DNA from: Patescibacteria group bacterium
GTDB taxonomy: Bacteria; Patescibacteriota; Patescibacteriia; UBA9934
Assembly: GCA_049296775.1 (NCBI GenBank)
Contig: JBAQTB010000003.1
Span: forward strand, 140,766-204,765
Length of the DNA stretch: 64,000 nucleotides
Direction: 5' to 3'
In this document: positions 27,184 through 35,993 of the stretch, in pieces
Position numbering within the stretch: position 1 is the stretch's first letter
How the letters are laid out: each line of letters begins with the position of its first letter
Position numbers and translations under genes: made by a program
Notes under the pieces: generated by a model
Database searches by the model: none
What the model was told of the DNA's origin: nothing
What the model saw: the letters and a program-made list of their open reading frames with translations, nothing else

Positions 27184-27714
27184 ATGGACCGAAAATTACG
27201 CAGAGCTTCGAACACAAGCGTACTCCTTGAGATGCTATGGGAAGTTGCCTATCGTCAGCCGAGGTCCAAAAGAATCCCGCATGACTATGTCCAGTACGAT
27301 ACTATCAAAATGCGCTGGCTCGTGAATCGCTTACCGGCTCTAGATAAATATTTAAACCGATTACGAGAGAGTGGATGCATCAGATTGATAGACGACGCTC
27401 GTGACGGAGTTTTAATTCGCCTCACGGAGCAGGGGTCAGCGGTGCTTATTCGTCAATGCCTGGCACGTAAGGCTAAGGTACAGCCTAGCCGTAAGAGCGA
27501 GGTCTGCATCCTGTCCTTCGACGTCCCCGAGAGGTATCGAGCAGATCGCTTGGCTCTCAGAAAGCTGTTAAAGATCGCAAAGTTTAAAAATGTTCATAAA
27601 AGTACATGGGTTGGCCAACCTCAGCTGGTAAGCCACCTTTTGTACTTTATACGTCGACAAAAGCTCGAATCCTACGTTCGTATATATTTTGGAAAAGAAA
27701 AACTGATCCATTAA
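27184..27714 (+). CDS. Winged-helix DNA-binding protein with a C-terminal Cas2/PaaX_C-like ferredoxin-fold domain; not part of a CRISPR locus
   Basis: N-terminal 'LRESGCIRLIDDARDGVLIRLTEQG' is wHTH-like; C-terminal 'VCILSFDVPERYRADRLALRKLLKIAKFKNVHKSTWVGQ' resembles the Cas2 block 'VLVxYDV...RRRxKVxKxLxxYGxRVQxSVF'. Confidence 0.35.
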   Translation: MDRKLRRASNTSVLLEMLWEVAYRQPRSKRIPHDYVQYDTIKMRWLVNRLPALDKYLNRLRESGCIRLIDDARDGVLIRLTEQGSAVLIRQCLARKAKVQPSRKSEVCILSFDVPERYRADRLALRKLLKIAKFKNVHKSTWVGQPQLVSHLLYFIRRQKLESYVRIYFGKEKLIH

Positions 27715-27718
27715 GAGT

Positions 27719-27726
27719 CCGATCGG
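27719..27726. promoter_or_regulatory. Third CCGATCGG palindrome, immediately downstream of the wHTH gene
   Basis: gagtccgatcggcaca. Confidence 0.3.
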
Positions 27727-27848
27727 CACATTTGTGGATCCCCAAAACAGCGCTTGACTCAGGTTAAAGGCTCAGGCATCATCCTAAATAAGTCTTTGAC
27801 GCCGGTATACGGCGTTTTACGCTTTCTTGGGGAATTAAGTGATTTTGT

Positions 27849-28310
27849 ATGGCAAACGGACCAACCTATTTATCTTCTGTCGCTCTAGCTGATATCAAGC
27901 AAGAACTTGAGAATCGGATTAAAGTTTTACGTCCAGAAATTTCACAGAAAATTGGTGATGCCAAAGAGATGGGTGATCTATCCGAAAATTTTGCGTACCA
28001 TGAGGCCCGTGAACAGCAGGCTATCAATGAAACTCGGATCATCGCGATTCAGGACATGCTGGTCGATGCCGTGATTGTGGATGAGAAAAAAGGTGGCCAG
28101 ATTGGCGTTGGGTCTAGTTTCACAGTGAGAACTGGTAAGCTCGAACGAAAGTTTGAGATCGTTGGTGAGAGTGAGGCTAACCCTATGGAAGGCAAGATCA
28201 GTAACGCGTCACCGCTGGGTAATGCTTTCTTAGGTCATGCTGTGGGTGAGAATATTGAGATCAGCGTCCCATCAGGTAAAATAGTTTACGAGATTTTGTC
28301 TATCGAATAG
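27849..28310 (+). CDS. greA: Transcription elongation factor GreA
   Basis: 'ENFAYHEAREQQA' coiled-coil region and C-terminal 'IVGESEANPMEGKISNASPLGNAFLG' FKBP-like domain. Confidence 0.9.
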   Translation: MANGPTYLSSVALADIKQELENRIKVLRPEISQKIGDAKEMGDLSENFAYHEAREQQAINETRIIAIQDMLVDAVIVDEKKGGQIGVGSSFTVRTGKLERKFEIVGESEANPMEGKISNASPLGNAFLGHAVGENIEISVPSGKIVYEILSIE

Positions 28311-28325
28311 TTTAGTCTTCCGTGT

Positions 28326-29819
28326 ATGAACATCGGAGAACGAGAGGTACGATTAGGTCGTTTACAGTCGCTTGCAAGGCATGGCGTTGATCCGTACCCA
28401 AGTACGGTGCAGCGTACCCATGTCATTAGCCAAGCGCTGGAAACTTTTGATGCCTTACTGGCTAGTCAGGAGCCGGTGACTATCGTGGGCCGGGCGCGAG
28501 CTCTGCGCAATATCGGTGCTTTGACGTTTCTTCGGATTGAAGATGAATCTGGTTTAATGCAGGCCGTGCTCAAGAAGGACGATCTAGGCGATGCCTACGC
28601 TAGTTTTAACGACCATGCTGACGTGGGCGATTTTTTTGAAGTCTCTGGCACGGCTTACGTGACCAAGACTGGAGAAAGATCGGTGTTAGTTTCAGCGATT
28701 AAATTTTTAGCCAAGGCCATTTTGCCGTTACCAGAAAAGTGGCACGGTTTACAGGATATTGAGACCCGTTATCGGCATCGTGAATTGGATTTAATTGCGA
28801 ATGCTGAGGTGAAGCAGAAATTTGTGGTGCGCTCTAAGTTTGTCTCAGCCGTGCGCCGCTTCTTAGATGACCGTGGCTTTTTGGAGGTCGAAACTCCAAT
28901 CTTGCAACCGATTCCAGGTGGCGCTAACGCTAAACCGTTCGTGACGCATCATAATGCACTGGATGCGGAATTTTATTTGCGGATTGCACCGGAATTGTAT
29001 TTGAAGCGTTTGGTAGTGGGTGGCTTTGAGAAGATTTACGAAATCGGTAAGTGTTTCAGGAACGAGGGGATCGATTACGCGCACAATCCTGAATTTACAA
29101 TGATTGAGATGTACCAGGCGTACGTGAATAAGGACGAATATCTTGATCTCATGGAGAGTATGCTGCGTTTTGCCATTGAGCAAGCGCGTGGCCAGGAGCC
29201 GGTTGAGATTGAAGGAGTGACGGTAGACTTTTTCAAGCCGTGGCCACGGTTAACGTTCAGGCAAGCCATTCTTCAGGCGTGTGAAATCGATATTGATACG
29301 TGTACGAACGTTGAGGTCGTGATGTCAGCCGCTAAAGAGCGGGGGATTAAGGTTGATTGGCAGGGTTGTGTCGGCTTGGGTGATTATTATGACGCTTTGT
29401 ACAAGGCCACGGCTAGACCTGGTTTGGTGCAGCCAACATGGGTTTTTGATTACCCGATTGATTTGAAGCCTTTGGCTAAGCGTCATCCTGAGGACAAGAC
29501 CAAGAGTGCTTCTGCGCAGCTTGTGATCATGGGTGCTGAAGTTGTGAATGCTTACTACCATGATTTGAATGATCCGATTGATCAACGCGCTAGACTGGAG
29601 GAGCAGCAAGCGTTTAGGGATCAGGGCAGTGAGGAGGCGCAGTGGATGGATGCAGATTTTTTACAAGCCTTAGAAACCGGCATGCCGCCACTTGGGGGTA
29701 TGGGGCTTGGTATTGATCGGATTTGTGCCTTGATTACGGGCTCTCATAACCTTAAGGAAGTCATCTTATTCCCAACGTTAAAGCCAGAGGTCAAAGTGTC
29801 TACTGAGACCGAGGTATGA
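28326..29819 (+). CDS. lysS: Lysyl-tRNA synthetase, class II
   Basis: OB-fold N-domain; 'RYRHRELDL', 'FLEVETPIL', 'YEIGKCFRNEG', 'GGMGLGIDRI' class II motifs. Confidence 0.9.
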   Translation: MNIGEREVRLGRLQSLARHGVDPYPSTVQRTHVISQALETFDALLASQEPVTIVGRARALRNIGALTFLRIEDESGLMQAVLKKDDLGDAYASFNDHADVGDFFEVSGTAYVTKTGERSVLVSAIKFLAKAILPLPEKWHGLQDIETRYRHRELDLIANAEVKQKFVVRSKFVSAVRRFLDDRGFLEVETPILQPIPGGANAKPFVTHHNALDAEFYLRIAPELYLKRLVVGGFEKIYEIGKCFRNEGIDYAHNPEFTMIEMYQAYVNKDEYLDLMESMLRFAIEQARGQEPVEIEGVTVDFFKPWPRLTFRQAILQACEIDIDTCTNVEVVMSAAKERGIKVDWQGCVGLGDYYDALYKATARPGLVQPTWVFDYPIDLKPLAKRHPEDKTKSASAQLVIMGAEVVNAYYHDLNDPIDQRARLEEQQAFRDQGSEEAQWMDADFLQALETGMPPLGGMGLGIDRICALITGSHNLKEVILFPTLKPEVKVSTETEV

Positions 29820-30226
29820 AGACCATCCTAGTCTTTGGGGTCTTTGATGGGCTACACGCTGGTCACCTAGATTTTTTACAAGCGGCAGCTGCCATGGGGG
29901 ACAGATTGATTGTATCTTTGGCGCAGGACGAGATCGTAATGCAACTCAAGGGCCGGGCACCGGAACATAGCTTTAAGCGGCGGGCCGCAGTCTTGAAAGA
30001 GTTATCGGCGGTGGCTGAGGTCATACCCGGTGATGCCGAGTTAGGTGCCTATGTTGGCTACCGGGCATTGAACCCAGATTTAGTGGCCTTTGGCTACGAT
30101 CAGCGGGCCTTGGCGCAAGATTTCAAAAGATTCCAACAGGCAGTGGGTGACGAAACCCCGACATTTGTGCTAAAACCTTACCAACCAGAAACGTATAAAA
30201 GCTCCCTGTTACGGGGACAAAAATAG
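29816..30226 (+). CDS. Cytidylyltransferase-like nucleotidyltransferase (TagD/HldE-domain-like)
   Basis: 'ILVFGVFDGLHAGHLDFLQAAAAMGDRLIVSL' HxGH motif; 136 aa. Confidence 0.55.
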   Translation: MKTILVFGVFDGLHAGHLDFLQAAAAMGDRLIVSLAQDEIVMQLKGRAPEHSFKRRAAVLKELSAVAEVIPGDAELGAYVGYRALNPDLVAFGYDQRALAQDFKRFQQAVGDETPTFVLKPYQPETYKSSLLRGQK

Positions 30227-30227
30227 T

Positions 30228-31499
30228 ATGATCGACCTAAAACAACTCCGTGAAAATCCTCAGTTTTTTCGTGATGCGGCTCAGGCTAAAAATGTCACCA
30301 TTGATATTGATAGGATTTTAGAAGTAGAGCGCAGGGTGCGTTCTTTGAAAACGGAGCTGGAAGGTATTAAGGCGCAAAAAAATGAAGCGTCTAAGGAGAT
30401 TGCTAAGGCTGAGGCCGAACAGCGAACTCAACTGATTGAAGCCATGCGGCACATTGATCGCAAAGCTGAGACTTTAGAGACCGAATACGCGCCGTTAGCT
30501 GAAGAGTTGTCTGAGTTGTTGTTCAAAATTCCGAATCCGGCGTTGGCGGACGTCAAGGTAGCGCCGTCTGAGGATGACAACGAGGTAGTGCGAGAAGTTG
30601 GTGCCAAGACGCAGTTTAGTTTTACGCCCAAGGATCACCAGGCGCTAGGTGAGTATTTGGGCATTATCGACACTGAGAGAGCAACCAAAGTTAGCGGCTC
30701 CCGATTTGTATATTTCTTAGGTGACGGAGCTTTGTTGGAGTTTGCTTTAGTGCAGTACGCTATGAGTATTGCGTCTAAGCACGGTTTTTTACCGGCGACT
30801 GTGCCGCACTTGGTCAGCGCCAAAGTTATGCGCGCCATGGGTTATTTAGAACACGGTGGCCACGATGAGATTTACTATTTGGCCAAGGATAACCTGTACT
30901 TGATCGGGACTGCAGAGCAATCACTCGGCGCTCTCCACATGGATGAGACTTTGGAAGCCGCAAATTTACCGTTGCGCTACGTGGGTTATTCACCGTGCTA
31001 TCGCCGTGAGGCTGGTAGCTATGGCAAGGATACTCGAGGCATTATTCGCGTGCACCAATTTAGTAAGATCGAAATGTTTAGTTACACCACTCCAGAAACT
31101 TCTGACGCTGAACATGAGCTCCTGTTGTCTGTTGAAGAAGAGTTAATGCAGGGCTTGGGTTTGCCGTATCGAGTCATTAAGCAGTGTACCGGCGATCTTG
31201 GGTTGCCGGCAGCTAGAAAGTACGATATTGAAGCTTGGATTCCAACACAGGACACGTACAGAGAAACTCACTCCACCAGTACTTGCACGGATTTTCAGGC
31301 GAGACGCCTGAATACGCGCTATAAGGATGAGAATGGTGAGACCCGCTTTGTGCATACCTTAAACGGTACCGCTTTTGCCGTGGGTCGAACTTTGGTTGCT
31401 ATTCTTGAAAACAATCAGCGTGAAGATGGTAGCGTGGCCATTCCAGCTGTTTTGCAGCCCTTCATGGCCGGTAAGACAGAATTAAAGCCCCGCAGTTAA
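30228..31499 (+). CDS. serS: Seryl-tRNA synthetase
   Basis: N-terminal coiled-coil arm; 'YSPCYRREAGSYGKDTRGIIRVHQF', 'GTAFAVGRTLVAILEN' class II core. Confidence 0.9.
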   Translation: MIDLKQLRENPQFFRDAAQAKNVTIDIDRILEVERRVRSLKTELEGIKAQKNEASKEIAKAEAEQRTQLIEAMRHIDRKAETLETEYAPLAEELSELLFKIPNPALADVKVAPSEDDNEVVREVGAKTQFSFTPKDHQALGEYLGIIDTERATKVSGSRFVYFLGDGALLEFALVQYAMSIASKHGFLPATVPHLVSAKVMRAMGYLEHGGHDEIYYLAKDNLYLIGTAEQSLGALHMDETLEAANLPLRYVGYSPCYRREAGSYGKDTRGIIRVHQFSKIEMFSYTTPETSDAEHELLLSVEEELMQGLGLPYRVIKQCTGDLGLPAARKYDIEAWIPTQDTYRETHSTSTCTDFQARRLNTRYKDENGETRFVHTLNGTAFAVGRTLVAILENNQREDGSVAIPAVLQPFMAGKTELKPRS

Positions 31500-31502
31500 T
31501 TT

Positions 31503-32654
31503 GTGTCAGTTGTGCCAGCACATAAAACTTGGGTCGAAATTTCCGCCGCCGCCTTAGCTAGTAATCTTGAAAATCTTCGTTCCGTATTGAATCCGGGTGT
31601 GGATTTGTGCGCCGTAATTAAGGCTAATGCTTACGGTCATGGCTTGACCGAGATTGCGAGGTTGGCTTTGCGTTCACAGGTAAAAACGTTTGCGGTTGAT
31701 AATATTGATGAAGCTTTAGCTGTGCGGGCGCTGGATCAAGCCTGTACGATTCTGCTCTTGGGAGTGTCGCTGCCATCCCGTTTGGCGGAAGTGGTGTCAT
31801 GCAGAGCGGTGCAGACTGTGTATGATGCCGAGACCGTGACGGCGTTGGCCGAGGCGGCGCGGAGTTTGGGCACGGTCGCTTACATTACGTTGAAAATCGA
31901 AACCGGCCTGCATCGCCAAGGCATGGATACGCGAGAGCTTGAAGGTGTACTCGAGGCCGTGCACAAGGCCGGAGAGAAAATTGTGGTCAGCGGAGTTAGT
32001 TCACATTTCGCTAGTTCAGAAGATATTGATCGTCCTGAGCCGACACTCCAGCAGATGCAGCGTTTTGAGTCGGTGCTTAGTTGGTTGGCTGACAGAGGCG
32101 TGCAGCCCGAGCAGATTCACATGTCTTGTTCGGCAGCAGCTTTGACGCGTCCAGAAGCGCAGTACACGACCACGCGTTTTGGAATTGCGTTGTACGGTCT
32201 GTGGCCCTCCGCTAGTGTGCGCAGGGCAGTGACGCTCGGGAGACAACGTGTGGAGCTGGCACCGGTGTTATCTTGGCGTACCACCATCGCACAGGTGAAG
32301 AACGTTGTGCCTGGAGCACAGATCGGTTATGGCGGTCATTTTGTGGTAAATCGACCCATGCGGATTGCGGTACTTCCGGTAGGCTATTATGATGGGTATG
32401 ATCGCCGCTTATCCGGTAGGGGTGAGGTGATCGTGCGGGGTACGCGTTGTAGCGTACTTGGCAATGTTTGCATGAACATGTTGATGGTGGACGTGTCTAC
32501 GGTGCCAGCTGCGCGGGCAGGGGACACAGCTACCTTGTTGGGTCGTGACGGCATGAACGCCATTACCGCTGATGATTTAGCGGATAAAATGGGGACGATC
32601 AATTACGAAGTCGTGACCCGGATTAACCCCTTACTGCCACGCCTGGTGGTGTAA
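31503..32654 (+). CDS. alr: Alanine racemase
   Basis: PLP-lysine motif 'AVIKANAYGHG'; 383 aa; non-ATG start implied by the track. Confidence 0.85.
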   Translation: MSVVPAHKTWVEISAAALASNLENLRSVLNPGVDLCAVIKANAYGHGLTEIARLALRSQVKTFAVDNIDEALAVRALDQACTILLLGVSLPSRLAEVVSCRAVQTVYDAETVTALAEAARSLGTVAYITLKIETGLHRQGMDTRELEGVLEAVHKAGEKIVVSGVSSHFASSEDIDRPEPTLQQMQRFESVLSWLADRGVQPEQIHMSCSAAALTRPEAQYTTTRFGIALYGLWPSASVRRAVTLGRQRVELAPVLSWRTTIAQVKNVVPGAQIGYGGHFVVNRPMRIAVLPVGYYDGYDRRLSGRGEVIVRGTRCSVLGNVCMNMLMVDVSTVPAARAGDTATLLGRDGMNAITADDLADKMGTINYEVVTRINPLLPRLVV

Positions 32655-32658
32655 ATGT

Positions 32659-33558
32659 ATGAAACGGAGGAATTTCATGCGCGTCTTCGCGGCTAAGGCT
32701 CGCGGAGTTAATGAGCTCAGCAACCCGTTATTTCCTCGCAAACCAGGGTTTAACAAAATGTGGTTGGGGCTGGGGGCCGGTTTGGGGATTTTAGCTGTTA
32801 TCATTGCGACTTTTGTAGTTATTTACGGGCCGTATTTTAAATTAAGTGAAGTTGAGGTTGTGGGTACAATTTCTTTATCAACAGATGAGCTACGGGAGTC
32901 TTTAGCATCAGATTTGAAACGTCAGCGCTTTTTAATCTTACCGAATAACCACGCCTGGTTTTTTGATAAAACTGCAGCGACTGAAAATTTACTTTCGACC
33001 TTTCCACTCAAGCATGCTGAGCTGCTAGTTGTTGGGTCCAAGGTCACTTTAACAGTGGAGGAGGACATCACCATGGTCGTCTTGCGTTCCGGCGAGGAGG
33101 TGTATTTCATTGATCCGTCCGGCAAAGTCTTGCGTGTAGCCGAGCCTGATGAAAAGGCCGCCGTGCTCGTTGAGATTGGCGCCGTGCCAGCGCCAGAAGC
33201 GGGGCAGGGGGGTATGGCAACCTTGCAGCCGGGCTTTCCCACGATCCGACAGAAAGTCGCCACCACTTATGTCGAGAATGACCAAGTCTTCAGAGCTGAG
33301 GTGGTTAGCGGAGTCATCGCGTATAACGCAGCTTTGCGGGCTATAGGTTTGCATCCAAATGAATTCGTAAGTGATGATGCCAGCTTGCCATGGTTCGCAA
33401 TCACGAGTGATCAAGAGTACTTAATCCTGTTTGATGCTACTAACGACATAGACACTCAAGTAGCGGTCCTACAGGCCGTCACCAACGAGTACTTGACCGC
33501 TGAGGAGACCCCACGCTATGTTGATGTCAGGTTCGGCTCCCGAGTCTTCATCCGCTAG
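32659..33558 (+). CDS. FtsQ/DivIB-like POTRA-domain membrane protein
   Basis: Cytoplasmic N-terminus, one TM helix, then 'LSEVEVVGTISLSTDELRESL...LPNNHAWFF' POTRA-like segment. Confidence 0.45.
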   Translation: MKRRNFMRVFAAKARGVNELSNPLFPRKPGFNKMWLGLGAGLGILAVIIATFVVIYGPYFKLSEVEVVGTISLSTDELRESLASDLKRQRFLILPNNHAWFFDKTAATENLLSTFPLKHAELLVVGSKVTLTVEEDITMVVLRSGEEVYFIDPSGKVLRVAEPDEKAAVLVEIGAVPAPEAGQGGMATLQPGFPTIRQKVATTYVENDQVFRAEVVSGVIAYNAALRAIGLHPNEFVSDDASLPWFAITSDQEYLILFDATNDIDTQVAVLQAVTNEYLTAEETPRYVDVRFGSRVFIR

Positions 33559-33597
33559 CGTCCTTACAGGATAGATCTAAACTCTTTCCCATTCTCT

Positions 33598-34062
33598 ATG
33601 TCGTTACTCAATAAACCAGCACCAACTTTCACGCTTCCTGACCAGCAGGGGACTGAGCACTCGCTCTCCGATTACAAGGGCAAATGGGTCGTGTTGTACT
33701 TCTACCCCAAAGACATGACTCCAGGCTGTACGGTGGAGGCGTGTAGTTTTAGAGATAATGAAGCTCGTCTCACGGCAGCGGGTGCAGTTGTACTTGGTGT
33801 CTCAGCCGATTCCGTCAAACGTCACGCTAAGTTCGCAGCCAACGAAAAACTCAATTTTCCCATTTTGTCCGACGAGTCAAAAGAAGTTTGTAAGGCTTAC
33901 GAATCTTACGGCAAGAAAAAATTCATGGGCAGAGAATACGAAGGCATCATGCGGAATACTTTTTTAATCGATCCCACTGGCGAGATCGTCAAGATTTACG
34001 AGACCGTCAAGCCAGGTACACACGTACAGGAGATTTTGGACGATCTCAAGGCCCTTAAGTAG
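33598..34062 (+). CDS. bcp: Thiol peroxidase Bcp (peroxiredoxin Q family)
   Basis: 'YFYPKDMTPGCTVEACSFRD' with CxxxxC; 154 aa. Confidence 0.85.
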   Translation: MSLLNKPAPTFTLPDQQGTEHSLSDYKGKWVVLYFYPKDMTPGCTVEACSFRDNEARLTAAGAVVLGVSADSVKRHAKFAANEKLNFPILSDESKEVCKAYESYGKKKFMGREYEGIMRNTFLIDPTGEIVKIYETVKPGTHVQEILDDLKALK

Positions 34063-34773
34063 GTCTTTCAACGTAGCATCAGGTAAACCCACAAACATAA
34101 ATACCATAATTACACTTAAAAAGTCACACCAATCTGTATACAAAAAGCGACGCTTAGTATCCCCCGGGTGTTTTTAGAAGCAGGGGGGTGTAGATATGTA
34201 GTGTCTCAGGTTCTCGCTGGAATTTAGTCGGGCGGGTTAAGCGTGCTGTACATACGTATATAAAAATTACGACTTATAGACCCTGGGGACGTATATTCTA
34301 AAGAGTCGTACAATATACCTTATACGACTCTAAGCTATAAATAAGCCAATAAACATAGGCCTATCAGACTTGAGCCACTTTACCCACCCCCTACCGTCGT
34401 TTCTACCCAGTGGGGGTCGTTGCTACGCCCCTGTCTCCTCCTCTAATGTCTTGTTCTAATAATTACGCTCTTGGCGTCGTCGTGCGGTTGTTGAGACTTC
34501 TCCCTCGATTACTCTCGGGACAGGTCACTTCCGTTCGAAGTGTCGTAATTGAGAATCACGAAAGTCTATCCCAGCCACTCCGTGAGAGTCGCACAGATTC
34601 GATTTTGAATCTACAGGTACTTGGATACCCCTAAATCAACCTAGGGCGTTTAAATGCGTCGTCACAATTACAAAATTATGACCTTAATCCTTCCTTCGAC
34701 TTCTCTCAGGACTGGGTCGTAACCTCAGGATGGTGATTAAATCGCATCAAGTGGAGGTCGATGACCGATCGTG

Positions 34774-35991
34774 CTACGGCAGGTACACCTTTGGATCAAC
34801 TGGAATACCGCCTTTGCGGAGTTCAAAGTGTAAGTGTGGGCCGGTAGAAAAACCAGCGCCTTGCGTGCCTGGTCTGCCGCCGGATAAGCCAATGACTTGA
34901 CCACGAGCGACGTATTGATCAACGGTAACATCAATACGACTCATGTGAGCGTAGAGCGTCGCAAAACCATTAGCATGAACAATCATGACGTAGTTACCAT
35001 ACTGGCGGCCAGTTTGCGCCCAGGCTACATAACCAGGAGCGGCTGATTCTATCGGTGTGCCTTGCGGTACGGCGATATCCAAGCCATTGTGCTCAAAGAG
35101 ATACCTAAAGGGGTAGGTAGGGTCGTGAAATAATGTAGTGATTCTGCCATTAACTGGCCAAGAAATAACGGTTGTGTCGCTAGGGGCTTCACCATTATCA
35201 ACTTCAGCCAGTTTACGCTCAATATCGGCCTGGAGCTGGTTGATACGCTGGGTAATTCCCTGCTGCTCCTGTCTCAACTCACTCAAGAGAACGCGGTACT
35301 CAATTTCTGAGGCCTCTGTTTCGGCGTTCAAAACCTGTTTAGCGCTAATACGCGCGTCTAATTGAGCTACTTTAGTATCTAGCTCTACTTGCAGATCACT
35401 GAGGTGGCCTAGCCTTTCCTCTCTTTCACTCCTTTTTTCACTCAAAACTGCTCGGGTTTGCTGGGTGGAAACTAAGGTTTTACGTAAGCTTGAGTTTAAG
35501 CTTTGCAATTGCGACGCAGCGGCAAAAACTTCAGTAAAATTCCTGGCCCCAATGATCATTTCAAAAGTTCCGCCTTGTTTGTTTTGCTTATTAAGCCTAA
35601 ACAAAAGATCACTGAGCAGAGCTTTTTCTCTGGTCAATTTTTCATCCGCAGTTAGGATATTGGCATCTAAAATTGCTAAGTGAAGATTTTCTTCTTCAAT
35701 CGCATTTTGCGTGGCGGCAATATCTAACTCCGTCATGGCAGTCTCGTTTTCTAAAATCGCAATATCGGTCTCTAATGAGGAAGATTTTTTGGTGTATTCG
35801 GCAATCTTAGCTTTGTAAGCCTCCAGCTTGGAATTGATCGATTCAATTTGAGCCTTGCGATTCTGAATTTCGGATTGCAGCGCGGTGATTTCTTCTGGTG
35901 TGACACTAGCCGCTAAAACTGCCGTACTTGCCACCAAAGACAAAAGTACAGAGGCGGGCACGGTGATGAGTTTAGATGTCCTCCAAGACAT
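34774..35991 (-). CDS. M23 family peptidoglycan endopeptidase with N-terminal coiled-coil region
   Basis: C-terminal 'HNGLDIAVPQGTPIESAAPGYV...HANGFATLYAHMS...STGPHLHFEL' LytM/M23 zinc-site motifs; start moved to Met26 (35991) to abut gltX. Confidence 0.85.
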   Translation of the reverse strand: MSWRTSKLITVPASVLLSLVASTAVLAASVTPEEITALQSEIQNRKAQIESINSKLEAYKAKIAEYTKKSSSLETDIAILENETAMTELDIAATQNAIEEENLHLAILDANILTADEKLTREKALLSDLLFRLNKQNKQGGTFEMIIGARNFTEVFAAASQLQSLNSSLRKTLVSTQQTRAVLSEKRSEREERLGHLSDLQVELDTKVAQLDARISAKQVLNAETEASEIEYRVLLSELRQEQQGITQRINQLQADIERKLAEVDNGEAPSDTTVISWPVNGRITTLFHDPTYPFRYLFEHNGLDIAVPQGTPIESAAPGYVAWAQTGRQYGNYVMIVHANGFATLYAHMSRIDVTVDQYVARGQVIGLSGGRPGTQGAGFSTGPHLHFELRKGGIPVDPKVYLP

Positions 35992-35993
35992 GA

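Noticed and set aside
27184-27714. Possible CRISPR-Cas locus because of the Cas2-like domain
   Set aside because: There is no repeat-spacer array, no cas1 and no other cas gene anywhere in the window. I treat it as an orphan wHTH/Cas2-fold regulator.
34063-34773. Assigning the structured intergenic region to tmRNA or RNase P RNA
   Set aside because: Only weak partial matches to the GGAUUCGAC-like, GAAAGUC and T-arm/acceptor signatures. No convincing tRNA-like 3' end (..CCACCA context) on either strand. Left as an unassigned ncRNA candidate.
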